Assembly (NCBI RefSeq): GCF_963666665.1
Contig: NZ_OY762999.1
Coordinates: forward strand, 3,867,954-3,931,953
From: Maridesulfovibrio sp.
Lineage (GTDB): Bacteria > Desulfobacterota > Desulfovibrionia > Desulfovibrionales > Desulfovibrionaceae
DNA length: 64,000 nucleotides
Direction: 5' to 3'
The notes under the pieces: model-generated
What the model saw: only the letters and a program-made list of their open reading frames with translations
What the model was told of the DNA's origin: nothing
Database searches by the model: none
Shown here: positions 10,305 through 20,352 of the stretch, in pieces
Position numbering within the stretch: position 1 is the stretch's first letter
How the letters are laid out: every line of letters begins with the position of its first letter
Translations under genes and position numbers: made by a program

Positions 10305-11419
10305 TGTCTCCCATTGACCGCAGATTACTTATTCATATGAACTGGTTCCTGCTGGGACTGGCGGCAATGCTTTTCTTTGTCGGTGTCCTAAATCTTTATT
10401 CCGCCAGCGGGTTCAGGCTGGAGCAGGGCATGAGTGTAAGTTCCTTCTATCAGAAGCAGCTTATCTGGGGCCTGATGGGCTTCGCCGGAATGATCACTTT
10501 TATGCTTTTTGATTACCGGCACTTAAGGACTATTGCATGGCCTTTGTTCTGGGTGACCGTCATTCTGCTGGCCTGCGTTCCCGTAATTGGTAAGACCATT
10601 TACGGTGCCCGCCGTTGGCTTGATCTGGGTTTTTTTAATTTCCAGCCCAGTGAAATGGCTAAGATCACCATTCTGGTTATCGGGGCCAAGATTCTGTCAC
10701 GCAGCGGTGATCCCCTGAATCTTAAGAGTCTCGCTTATGTCGTCGGTGTGGGGCTTATTCCCGCAGGTATGGTAATTACTCAGCCGGACCTTGGTTCTGG
10801 TCTGAACATCCTGCTTATTCTTGGCGGGATGATTCTTTATCGAGGACTTACTCCCAAGCTGTTTAAGACATTGGCAATTATAGGACCGTGCCTGATTCCG
10901 ATCGGCTGGTTTTTTCTGCACGATTACCAGAAGCGGCGTATTGTTTCATTCATGAACCCGGCCAGCGATCCGCTGGGAGCGGGATATCATATCATCCAGT
11001 CGGAAATCGCTATCGGTTCCGGACGTGTCTGGGGTAAAGGATTTCTGGGCGGAACGCAGTCTCAGCTGCGGTTTCTGCCCGAAAAGCATACTGACTTCGC
11101 CATCGCTGTTTTCGGTGAGGAGTGGGGCTTTGCCGGAGCCATGGCTCTGCTTAGTCTTTTTTGTGTGTTTTTGTATCAAATGGTTGTGACAGCCAGAGAA
11201 GCAAAAGACCTGTTCGGAAGCTATCTTGCGGCAGGCGTATTCTTTTATTTCTTCTGGCAAATCCTTATCAATATGGGTATGGTCCTCGGACTAATGCCGG
11301 TAGTAGGCATCCCTTTACCATTCATCAGTTATGGCGGCAGTGGTACCGTCGTCAACCTTTGTCTCGTGGGGCTCGTTTTAAACGTTTCCATGAGGCGTTA
11401 CGTATTTAAACAGGGGTAA
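10304..11419 (+). CDS. rodA: peptidoglycan glycosyltransferase RodA (SEDS family)
   Basis: 371-aa polytopic FtsW/RodA/SpoVE-type protein. Its start overlaps the mrdA stop (TAATG). Confidence 0.9.
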   Translation: MSPIDRRLLIHMNWFLLGLAAMLFFVGVLNLYSASGFRLEQGMSVSSFYQKQLIWGLMGFAGMITFMLFDYRHLRTIAWPLFWVTVILLACVPVIGKTIYGARRWLDLGFFNFQPSEMAKITILVIGAKILSRSGDPLNLKSLAYVVGVGLIPAGMVITQPDLGSGLNILLILGGMILYRGLTPKLFKTLAIIGPCLIPIGWFFLHDYQKRRIVSFMNPASDPLGAGYHIIQSEIAIGSGRVWGKGFLGGTQSQLRFLPEKHTDFAIAVFGEEWGFAGAMALLSLFCVFLYQMVVTAREAKDLFGSYLAAGVFFYFFWQILINMGMVLGLMPVVGIPLPFISYGGSGTVVNLCLVGLVLNVSMRRYVFKQG

Positions 11420-11469
11420 GCCGCATGTTTGGGTTTTCAAAAACCGGCTCTGGGGAAAAGGAGATTAAA

Positions 11470-11838
11470 ATGGCAAAAGATGAAATAAATGCATTCTTAG
11501 GCAGCGGAACCGATTATCAGGGTAAGCTGAACTTTCAGGGTGCAGTACGTATTGACGGTAATTTCAACGGTGAAGTTGAATCCGAGGGAACTCTGGTCGT
11601 AGGCCGCGAAGCGAAGGTTGAAGGCGTTTTGCGTGTAGGTCAGCTTGTTCTTAGCGGGCGTGTGACAGGTGAGGTTTATGCTGGCGAAAAGGCAGTCCTG
11701 CATAAGACTGCAAATCTGCAGGGCAACCTGGTCACCCCCACATTGGTAGTGGAAGAAGGTGCGGTTCTGGAAGGGCGTGTAACCATGAGTTCTAGCTCGT
11801 CTTCTGCAACTGAAACAGAAACAGAAGAAATTAGTTAA
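11470..11838 (+). CDS. bactofilin (polymer-forming cytoskeletal protein, DUF583)
   Basis: Repetitive beta-helical G-x-V/I-x-G pattern (FQGAVRIDGNFNGEVESEGTLVVG...) with a Ser-rich tail. The preferred start is ATG 11470, preceded by AAGGAG; the track ORF starts at 11425. Confidence 0.8.
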   Translation: MAKDEINAFLGSGTDYQGKLNFQGAVRIDGNFNGEVESEGTLVVGREAKVEGVLRVGQLVLSGRVTGEVYAGEKAVLHKTANLQGNLVTPTLVVEEGAVLEGRVTMSSSSSSATETETEEIS

Positions 11839-11980
11839 AAAAATAACAAGCCAGTGTTGACGGGGGTTAATGGGCGAAAAGTAACCGATTCATTTTCAAA
11901 AACCCTTTGACACAAGCTCTAAATTTAGCTACACCGCAACTGACTTTGGACAAAAATTCACAACCTTTTCGGGAGCAGGC

Positions 11981-12397
11981 ATGATTGATTTAGATATTAG
12001 CTTTTTTATCCAGTTAGCGAACTTCATCATCACCCTTCTTGTTCTCAACCTTCTTATGTTTCGTCCTATCCGTGAAATCATCAGGAGACGCGCAGAGCTT
12101 ATGAGCGATCAACTCTCCAAGGTGGAAAATTTCAACGGACAGGCTGCAACCAAGGTTAAGGATTACGAAGCTGCTCTGGACTCTGCCCGCAAAGAGGGAA
12201 TGGAAATCCGGAACGACTTCAAAGATCAGGGAGCTGCTCAGGAACAAACATTGCTTGCCGAGGCCGGAAAAGTCGCAGCCGCGACTATGAAGGAAGCTCG
12301 CGCGGAGGTTGCAGCTGATAAAGGTGCAGCAATGAAAGTTCTTGGTGGCGAAGTTGAAGCTTTTGCTCAGAAGGTTACAGCCAAGGTTCTTGGCTAG
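11981..12397 (+). CDS. F-type ATP synthase subunit b'
   Basis: 138 aa with one N-terminal TM helix followed by a long charged helix. It is the first of two b-type genes ahead of atpH. Confidence 0.7.
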   Translation: MIDLDISFFIQLANFIITLLVLNLLMFRPIREIIRRRAELMSDQLSKVENFNGQAATKVKDYEAALDSARKEGMEIRNDFKDQGAAQEQTLLAEAGKVAAATMKEARAEVAADKGAAMKVLGGEVEAFAQKVTAKVLG

Positions 12398-12427
12398 GCC
12401 TAATCAATATCGAAGGGGGGTTTAGCC

Positions 12428-12997
12428 TTGAAGCGGAAAAACATGATCATGGCAACAACCGCTCTTTCCGTACTGCTGGCAGCAGGCGCAGCCTATGCAA
12501 GTGGTGGAGAAGGGGCGCACGAGATTCCCTGGGCAAACTTCGGTTGGCGTGTACTTAACTTGATCCTCGTCCTCGGGATCCTTTACAAGTTTGCTGGCGA
12601 GAAAATCGCCTCTCTCTTTAAAGGACGCCAGGCAGGCATCAAACAGGAGCTAAACGATCTGCAGTCCCGCAAGGAAGCAGCAGAGAAAAAGCTCCGCGAC
12701 GTCGAATCAAGTATTGCTAATCTGGAACAGGAAAAGGATTCCATCCTTTCCGAGGCCAGATCTCAGGGCGAGGCCATGAAGGCGGCGATCATCCAGAAAG
12801 CCGAGCAGACTGCCGAGCAGATCAAAGCTCAGGCCAAAGTCTCCGCAGAGCAGGAAGTAAACGTAGCACTGGACGAAATGCGTGCAGAAATGGCTGACAA
12901 AGTCATCGAAGCAGCTGAGAAAATCGTCAAGAGCAAGCTTACCAAAGCTCAGCACGAGACTCTGGTGGATGAATACTTAACAAAGGTGGTGCTCTAA
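12428..12997 (+). CDS. atpF: F-type ATP synthase subunit b
   Basis: 189 aa with an N-terminal hydrophobic segment and an Ala/Glu/Lys-rich helix, directly upstream of atpH. TTG start per the track. Confidence 0.8.
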   Translation: MKRKNMIMATTALSVLLAAGAAYASGGEGAHEIPWANFGWRVLNLILVLGILYKFAGEKIASLFKGRQAGIKQELNDLQSRKEAAEKKLRDVESSIANLEQEKDSILSEARSQGEAMKAAIIQKAEQTAEQIKAQAKVSAEQEVNVALDEMRAEMADKVIEAAEKIVKSKLTKAQHETLVDEYLTKVVL

Positions 12998-13548
12998 TGA
13001 CCGGGAACATAGTCTCACGCAGATACGCCAAGGCGCTGTTCTCCGTTGGCCAGAAGCAGGGAGAAACTGACCTTGCGGCGTATGGTAAGGCACTGTCCGA
13101 GTTGTCCCAGATACTGGAGGAATCCCCGGAGGCCCTGAGGCTCTTCCAGAATCCTGTTTTCAGTGCGGATGAAAAGAAAGCCGTGCTTGAAAAACTGCTT
13201 GAGAAGACCTCGGCAGGACCTGTGGTTAAAAACTTTTGCAGCCTTCTGGCCGACAAAGGACGTCTGCCGGTTATTCCCGAGATCGCAAGCGACTTCGCAG
13301 GAATGCTGGACAACGTTCAGGGTGTCGTCCGTGGCAAACTGGTGACTGCAATCAAGCTGACCGTTAAGCGTCAGAAAGAAATTCAAGACCGTCTTGAAGA
13401 ACAACTGAAAAGCAAACTTGAGCTCGAGTTTGCTATGGATAAAGACATCCTCGGAGGTGTTGTTCTCAAGGTAGGCGATAAAGTTCTTGATGCAAGCATT
13501 CGCGCACAGCTGCAAATGATGAAAGAACAGATTAAAAGGGGTGTGTAG
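12997..13548 (+). CDS. atpH: F-type ATP synthase subunit delta (OSCP)
   Basis: 183 aa with the OSCP-like N-terminus (RRYAKALF) and the conserved [10 protein letters not shown] region. Its start overlaps the atpF stop. Confidence 0.85.
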   Translation: MTGNIVSRRYAKALFSVGQKQGETDLAAYGKALSELSQILEESPEALRLFQNPVFSADEKKAVLEKLLEKTSAGPVVKNFCSLLADKGRLPVIPEIASDFAGMLDNVQGVVRGKLVTAIKLTVKRQKEIQDRLEEQLKSKLELEFAMDKDILGGVVLKVGDKVLDASIRAQLQMMKEQIKRGV

Positions 13549-13552
13549 GGCC

Positions 13553-15061
13553 ATGCAGATTAAAGCGGAAGAAATCAGCAAAATCATTGAAGATCAGATT
13601 CAGAATTATGAGTCTAAGGTCGAAATGAGCGAAACCGGTACCGTACTGTATGTTGGTGACGGTATTGCTCGTGTACATGGTGTTGAGAACGCAATGGCTA
13701 TGGAACTCCTCGAGTTCCCCGGCGGCCTGATGGGCATGGTTCTCAACCTCGAAGAAGATAACGTCGGTGTTGCTCTCCTCGGTGACGACACAGGCATTAA
13801 AGAAGGTGACCCGGTAAAACGTACCGGCAAGCTCTTCTCCGTACCTGTTGGTGACGCTGTTATGGGTCGCGTTGTGAACCCTCTCGGACAGCCCATCGAC
13901 GGTCTCGGACCTATTGAAGCAAAAGAAACCCGTCCTGTTGAGCTTAAAGCTCCCGGTATCATCGCACGTAAGTCCGTACATGAACCCATGTACACCGGTC
14001 TGAAGGCGATTGATGCGATGACTCCCATCGGACGTGGTCAGCGTGAGCTGGTTATTGGTGACCGTCAGGTTGGTAAGACCGCTATCTGCGTTGACGCAAT
14101 TCTCGCTCAGAAAGATTCCGGTATCCATTGCTTCTACGTAGCTATCGGTCAGAAAAAAGCATCAGTTGCTCTTGTTGCTGACATTCTGCGTAAGCACGGT
14201 GCAATGGAATACACCACAATCATTTCTGCAACAGCATCTGAGCCTGCACCTCTGCAGTTTATTTCTGCATACACCGGTGCAACCATGGCTGAGTACTACC
14301 GTGACGGTGGTAAGCACGCCCTCATCGCTTACGATGACCTTTCCAAACAGGCTGTTGCTTACAGACAGATGTCTCTCCTGCTTCGTCGCCCTCCGGGACG
14401 TGAAGCATACCCCGGTGACGTTTTCTACCTGCACTCAAGGCTCCTCGAGCGTTCTTGTAAAGTAAATGATAGCCTCGGCGCCGGTTCTCTGACCGCACTG
14501 CCTATCATTGAAACTCAGGCAGGTGACGTATCCGCATACATCCCGACCAACGTTATCTCTATTACCGACGGTCAGGTTTACCTCGAGCCTAACCTCTTCA
14601 ACTCCGGTATCCGTCCTGCTGTTAACGTAGGTCTGTCCGTATCCCGAGTTGGTGGTGCTGCTCAGATTAAAGCTATGAAGCAGGTTGCCGGTACTCTGCG
14701 TCTTGACCTCGCACAGTATCGTGAACTGGCAGCTTTCGCAGCTTTCGGTTCCGACCTCGATAAGGCCACTCAGCAGAAGCTGAACCGCGGTGCCCGCATG
14801 GTTGAGCTTCTTAAGCAGCCTCAGTACAAGCCCATGAACGTCATGGAGCAGGTTGTATCTCTGTACGCCGGTACCCGCGGCTACATGGATGAAGTTCCTG
14901 TTTCCGCAGTACGTAAATATGAAGATGAACTCCAGGAATTCATCGCTAACGCGAAGCCTGAAATTCTGGAAGGCATCAAGACTAAAGGCGCTATTGACGA
15001 CGATATCGAAGGCAAGCTGAAGGCCGCTCTGGAAGAGTTTAATAAAGGTTTCACAGCTTAA
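13553..15061 (+). CDS. atpA: F-type ATP synthase subunit alpha
   Basis: Starts [12 protein letters not shown] with Walker A GDRQVGKT; highly conserved throughout. The track ORF begins 4 codons earlier, at a GTG. Confidence 0.97.
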   Translation: MQIKAEEISKIIEDQIQNYESKVEMSETGTVLYVGDGIARVHGVENAMAMELLEFPGGLMGMVLNLEEDNVGVALLGDDTGIKEGDPVKRTGKLFSVPVGDAVMGRVVNPLGQPIDGLGPIEAKETRPVELKAPGIIARKSVHEPMYTGLKAIDAMTPIGRGQRELVIGDRQVGKTAICVDAILAQKDSGIHCFYVAIGQKKASVALVADILRKHGAMEYTTIISATASEPAPLQFISAYTGATMAEYYRDGGKHALIAYDDLSKQAVAYRQMSLLLRRPPGREAYPGDVFYLHSRLLERSCKVNDSLGAGSLTALPIIETQAGDVSAYIPTNVISITDGQVYLEPNLFNSGIRPAVNVGLSVSRVGGAAQIKAMKQVAGTLRLDLAQYRELAAFAAFGSDLDKATQQKLNRGARMVELLKQPQYKPMNVMEQVVSLYAGTRGYMDEVPVSAVRKYEDELQEFIANAKPEILEGIKTKGAIDDDIEGKLKAALEEFNKGFTA

Positions 15062-15076
15062 TCCTGGGAGGTACTG

Positions 15077-15955
15077 ATGGCTTCTCTTAAGGATGTCCAA
15101 AACCAAATCGTCAGTATTAAAAAGACTAAGCAGATTACCAAAGCCATGAACATGGTTGCGTCGGCTAAACTGCGTGGTGCTCAGGACAGAATTGAGCGCT
15201 TCCGCCCCTACGCAGACAAGTTCTATGAAATGCTTGGCGATCTGGCAGCAGGCGCGGATTCCTCCGTTCACCCGTTGCTCGAAGTCCACGAAGAGATCAA
15301 GACCGTAGGTATCGTACTTACTACCTCTGATCGCGGACTTTGCGGTAGTTTTAATGCGAATATGATAAATGCAGCCCTTAAACTGGCTGCTGCAAAGAAG
15401 GCTGAAGGTAAAGCTGTAAAGTTTTACTGCGTAGGTAAAAAAGGCGCTGCCGCCGTTAAGAAGACTGAGTTCGAAATCATTGAAGCATATACTGATGATA
15501 TGAGCTCCTTCGACTTTAACCTTGCTGCATCCATCGGTAACAAAGTTATCGACGCCTACCTTGCTGAAGATCTTGATGAGGTTTTCCTCGTCTTCGGTAA
15601 ATTTGTAAACGTTGGCAGCCAGCCACCGGAAACCCTCCAGATCCTGCCCATGTCTTCAGACGCCGCAGGTGAAGAAGCTGAATCCGGTGCTAGCAGCGAA
15701 TACATTTACGAACCTTCCGTTGAAGGCCTTCTCGCGGAGCTGCTGCCCCGTTTTGTTAAAGTTCAGGTTTACCGCGGTCTGCTCGACACATCCTGCAGTG
15801 AACACGCTGCACGTATGGCTGCCATGGATAACGCATCCAGAGCATGCGACGATATGACCGAGACTCTGACTCTGCTTTACAACAAAACCAGGCAGGCCGC
15901 TATTACCGCGGATCTTATGGACATTGTCGGCGGCGCAGAAGCGCTGAAAGGATAA
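15077..15955 (+). CDS. atpG: F-type ATP synthase subunit gamma
   Basis: 292 aa with a conserved N-terminus (IKKTKQITKAMNMVASAKLR) and C-terminus (ITADLMDIVGGAEAL). Confidence 0.95.
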   Translation: MASLKDVQNQIVSIKKTKQITKAMNMVASAKLRGAQDRIERFRPYADKFYEMLGDLAAGADSSVHPLLEVHEEIKTVGIVLTTSDRGLCGSFNANMINAALKLAAAKKAEGKAVKFYCVGKKGAAAVKKTEFEIIEAYTDDMSSFDFNLAASIGNKVIDAYLAEDLDEVFLVFGKFVNVGSQPPETLQILPMSSDAAGEEAESGASSEYIYEPSVEGLLAELLPRFVKVQVYRGLLDTSCSEHAARMAAMDNASRACDDMTETLTLLYNKTRQAAITADLMDIVGGAEALKG

Positions 15956-15960
15956 TATAG

Positions 15961-17376
<1,416 letters not shown>

Positions 17377-17390
17377 CATAGGACGCGATT

Positions 17391-17819
17391 ATGGCTAGTA
17401 AGCTCCTTTTGGAAATCGTTACTCCTGATCGCAAGGTCCTTTCCCAGGAAGTCGACTATGTCGGCGCACCGGGAATTGAGGGTGAGTTTGGTATTATGGC
17501 CAATCACATACCCTTTCTTTCGGCTCTCGGCGTAGGTAACCTCTACTTTAAAGAAGGTAACCGCACTCACTATATCTTTGTTTCCGGCGGCTTTGCCGAA
17601 GTAGGAAACAATAAAGTGACCATTCTCGCTGAAGTTGCTGAAAAGGCCGTTGAGATCGACATCGCTCGGGCTCAGAAAGCTCAGGAAAAAGCGAAGGCTC
17701 GTTTGGCTAAAGCACAGGATCGCATTGAATCCGCTCGCGCGCAGGCCGCTCTCCAGAGAGCTCTTGCACGCTTAAGCTGCAAAGATGCGGCCCAGAAGGC
17801 CGGAACTACCACTCACTAG
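17391..17819 (+). CDS. atpC: F-type ATP synthase subunit epsilon
   Basis: 142 aa with an N-terminal beta-sandwich pattern and a C-terminal Ala/Gln/Lys-rich helical hairpin. It is the last gene of the operon. Confidence 0.9.
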   Translation: MASKLLLEIVTPDRKVLSQEVDYVGAPGIEGEFGIMANHIPFLSALGVGNLYFKEGNRTHYIFVSGGFAEVGNNKVTILAEVAEKAVEIDIARAQKAQEKAKARLAKAQDRIESARAQAALQRALARLSCKDAAQKAGTTTH

Positions 17820-17855
17820 AGCTTAGTTTCAGCCTCAAGCCCACATGGCTATCAG

Positions 17856-17890
17856 GGAGCAGACTGTTTAAACAGTCTGCTCCTTTTTTT
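17856..17890 (+). terminator. intrinsic terminator after atpC
   Basis: GGAGCAGACTGTT / AACAGTCTGCTCC stem followed by T7. Confidence 0.85.
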
Positions 17891-18019
17891 ATGTAATCTC
17901 TTAGATAGCATACTGAAATCATGTAAAAATTAAATTCAATAAAATTTTATTACGCATTTACTCAAGTCCGGCAACCTGATAACAAGTTGCGAGCAAATAA
18001 TATTGGAGAGTAATTTATT

Positions 18020-19402
18020 ATGAATAAATCATTTGCCTGCGCTCTTGTTCTCGCCGGAGGGAAGGGTACCCGCATGCATTCGGACAGCCCCAAGGTGCTT
18101 AAAACCTTACTCGGTGAGTCCATGCTCTACTATGTATATAAGGCCTTGAAACCTGCTCTTGGAGAGGATGTCTTTACCATTGTCGGGTTTGAAGCCGGAC
18201 AGGTTGAGAGTGCTTTTCCCGACATGAAGGACCGTTTTGTCCTTCAGGCCGAACAGCTTGGAACCGGTCATGCCCTCCAGATGGGCTGGGATCGGATCAA
18301 AGATTCCGGTGCTGAATACTGCTTGGTTATTAATGGTGATACTCCGCTGATTCAGGAACAGGCCGTGACAGATTTTCTTGAAGCGGTTAAAAATGATGTT
18401 GCCGATCTTTCTTTTATGAGCATCACTCCTGATAAACCGGCTGCTTTTGGGCGTGTTATCCGCGATAAGGCCGGTCGGGTTACCGCCATCGTGGAAGCCA
18501 AGGATTATGACGAATCAGTACTCGGTCCTGCGAGCGGCGAAGTCAATGCCGGGATCTATTGTCTTAAAATCTCTGCTGTGGACAGCTTACTTAGTAAACT
18601 GACCAACAATAATAAGAGTGGTGAGTATTATATTACTGATCTTGTTGACCTTGCTGTGGAATGTGGCATGAACGTCACCGCAGTGAATGCCGGAAACTCC
18701 ATTGATCTTATGGGGATTAATAGCCCGCTGGAGCTTGCCAAGGCAGAGTCGGCGCTTCGTTTGAGGACAGCTGAAAAGTTGCTTGAAAATGGGGTTACCC
18801 TGCACAATTGGGAATCGGTTGTAGTCGGTCCCGGTGTTGAAATTGAGCCGGGTGCTGAAATCACAGGGCCTTGCGAGATTTATGGTTCGTCAAAGATCTG
18901 TCGTGGTGCTGTACTTCAGTCACATGTGCGGATAGTGGACAGCTTTGTTGAATCCGGAGCAATAATTAAAGCATACAGCCACCTTGAGGAAGCTCAGGTT
19001 GGCCGTGACTGTATGGTCGGTCCATACGGACGTCTGCGCCCGGGTGCTGTTCTTGAGGAAGAGTCCAAGGTGGGCAACTTTGTAGAAGTAAAGAAGGCAG
19101 TTCTCGGTAAGGGAGCAAAGGCCAGCCACCTGACATACCTCGGAGACAGTGAAATCGGGGCAGGAACAAATATTGGAGCGGGTACTATCACCTGCAACTA
19201 TGATGGGGTGAACAAACACAAAACCGTTATCGGTGAAGGTGCGTTCATCGGCAGTAATACTGCTTTGGTGGCCCCGGTGACTATAGGCAAAGGTGCCTTG
19301 ATCGGAGCCGGTTCCACAATAACTAAGAATGTAAAAGATGGTGACCTCGGTGTCGCAAGAGGCAGGCAGGTCAACATTTCCCGGACTTCTAAGAAGTCTT
19401 GA
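18020..19402 (+). CDS. glmU: bifunctional UDP-GlcNAc pyrophosphorylase / GlcN-1-P acetyltransferase
   Basis: LAGGKGTRM nucleotidyltransferase motif and C-terminal hexapeptide repeats; 460 aa. Confidence 0.92.
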   Translation: MNKSFACALVLAGGKGTRMHSDSPKVLKTLLGESMLYYVYKALKPALGEDVFTIVGFEAGQVESAFPDMKDRFVLQAEQLGTGHALQMGWDRIKDSGAEYCLVINGDTPLIQEQAVTDFLEAVKNDVADLSFMSITPDKPAAFGRVIRDKAGRVTAIVEAKDYDESVLGPASGEVNAGIYCLKISAVDSLLSKLTNNNKSGEYYITDLVDLAVECGMNVTAVNAGNSIDLMGINSPLELAKAESALRLRTAEKLLENGVTLHNWESVVVGPGVEIEPGAEITGPCEIYGSSKICRGAVLQSHVRIVDSFVESGAIIKAYSHLEEAQVGRDCMVGPYGRLRPGAVLEEESKVGNFVEVKKAVLGKGAKASHLTYLGDSEIGAGTNIGAGTITCNYDGVNKHKTVIGEGAFIGSNTALVAPVTIGKGALIGAGSTITKNVKDGDLGVARGRQVNISRTSKKS

Positions 19403-19433
19403 TTTTGTAAAGATAAGGTATTAGGGTAGAACT

Positions 19434-19610
19434 ATGGAAATAATCGCTCATTTGGAAGAACGTTTCGATAAGATGCTGCAAAAAATTAAGCAACTCGAAG
19501 AAGAAAATGCTTTTCTTCTTGAGGAACTTGAGCAGGAGAAACAGCGTAAGGACGAGGTCCGCGATCGCATTGAAGTTCTCCTGAACAAAGTTGAAGGTAC
19601 CATCGAATAA
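19434..19610 (+). CDS. 58-aa coiled-coil protein, ZapB-like (below the ORF-track length cutoff)
   Basis: My own translation is MEIIAHLEERFDKMLQKIKQLEEENAFLLEELEQEKQRKDEVRDRIEVLLNKVEGTIE, read from ATG 19434 to TAA 19608-19610. It has a heptad-like Leu/Glu pattern and sits directly upstream of zapA. The track only lists an antisense ORF here. Confidence 0.5.
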   Translation: MEIIAHLEERFDKMLQKIKQLEEENAFLLEELEQEKQRKDEVRDRIEVLLNKVEGTIE

Positions 19611-19689
19611 GGGTTTTCAGATCCGTTTCCCTTCAAAAGGAGGGAACGGATTTATATAAATTCTACAGGAATACTGCCGCCGGATTAAT

Positions 19690-19938
19690 ATGCCCCGTTA
19701 TACTATTCCCGTTCTCGGACTTGAAATTTCTTTCAAGACCGATGCGGACAAAGAAAGAATTGAAGCCGCGAAAGATGTGCTCGAAGAGAGATTTGGCGAG
19801 CTTACCCGGGGCGGAAAAAATGTCAGCAGGGAGAAATTACTCACCTGTCTGGCTCTTAGTCTGGCCGATGATTACCTTGAACACAGCCGCAAACTCGAAA
19901 TGATGGAAGAGAAAATTAACGCGCTGTTAGAGAAGTGA
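19690..19938 (+). CDS. zapA: cell division protein ZapA
   Basis: 82 aa with a ZapA-like N-terminal beta region (IPVLGLEISFKTD) and a C-terminal helix. It is followed by a 6S-like RNA, as in the zapA-ssrS arrangement of E. coli. Confidence 0.7.
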   Translation: MPRYTIPVLGLEISFKTDADKERIEAAKDVLEERFGELTRGGKNVSREKLLTCLALSLADDYLEHSRKLEMMEEKINALLEK

Positions 19939-19977
19939 TAAGCTGTGCACGGCACTGCTTTTTAAGATATAAAGAAA

Positions 19978-20160
19978 TTTCCCTGGGGAGTGCGTGATTG
20001 CCCTATGGCTTTTGAACCAATATAAAAAGTAAGGGAGCAAGCTTCACCGGAGTGGTGTGCAGGCCCGGTTTTGCCGGGAAGCCTGAAATTCCGGGGGCGG
20101 CGCCCACCTGTTAGACTAGGTTCTAACGTATACGGCAACACGGCATCTCCGGGGTCCCAA
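19978..20160 (+). ncRNA. ssrS: probable 6S RNA
   Basis: About 180 nt. The 5' CCCTGGGGAGTGCGTGATTGCC pairs with the 3' GGCAACACGGCATCTCCGGGG, with bulges and G-U pairs, to form a long interrupted closing helix. There is an internal GC hairpin GGCCCGGTTTTGCCGGGAAGCC. The region is non-coding and lies downstream of zapA. The ends are approximate. Confidence 0.6.
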
Positions 20161-20272
20161 TATGGGTATTCTCGGTCTTGGTATGAATTAACAAGTTTAA
20201 TTTATTAAATTTCTACCGAACCACTTAAAAACACCTCATTCAGCCTTTAGTTCTCTTCTTTCCATTGCAGAT

Positions 20273-20281
20273 TGTTATAAT
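20273..20281 (+). promoter_or_regulatory. extended -10 promoter element (TGTTATAAT) upstream of rny
   Basis: TGnTATAAT match located about 72 nt upstream of the rny start. Confidence 0.4.
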
Positions 20282-20352
20282 CGTCCGATTGTATTAATCG
20301 GTAATGACGAATCAGGTCCTTTGAGGCCTGTCAACATACAAAGGAGAAAGGC

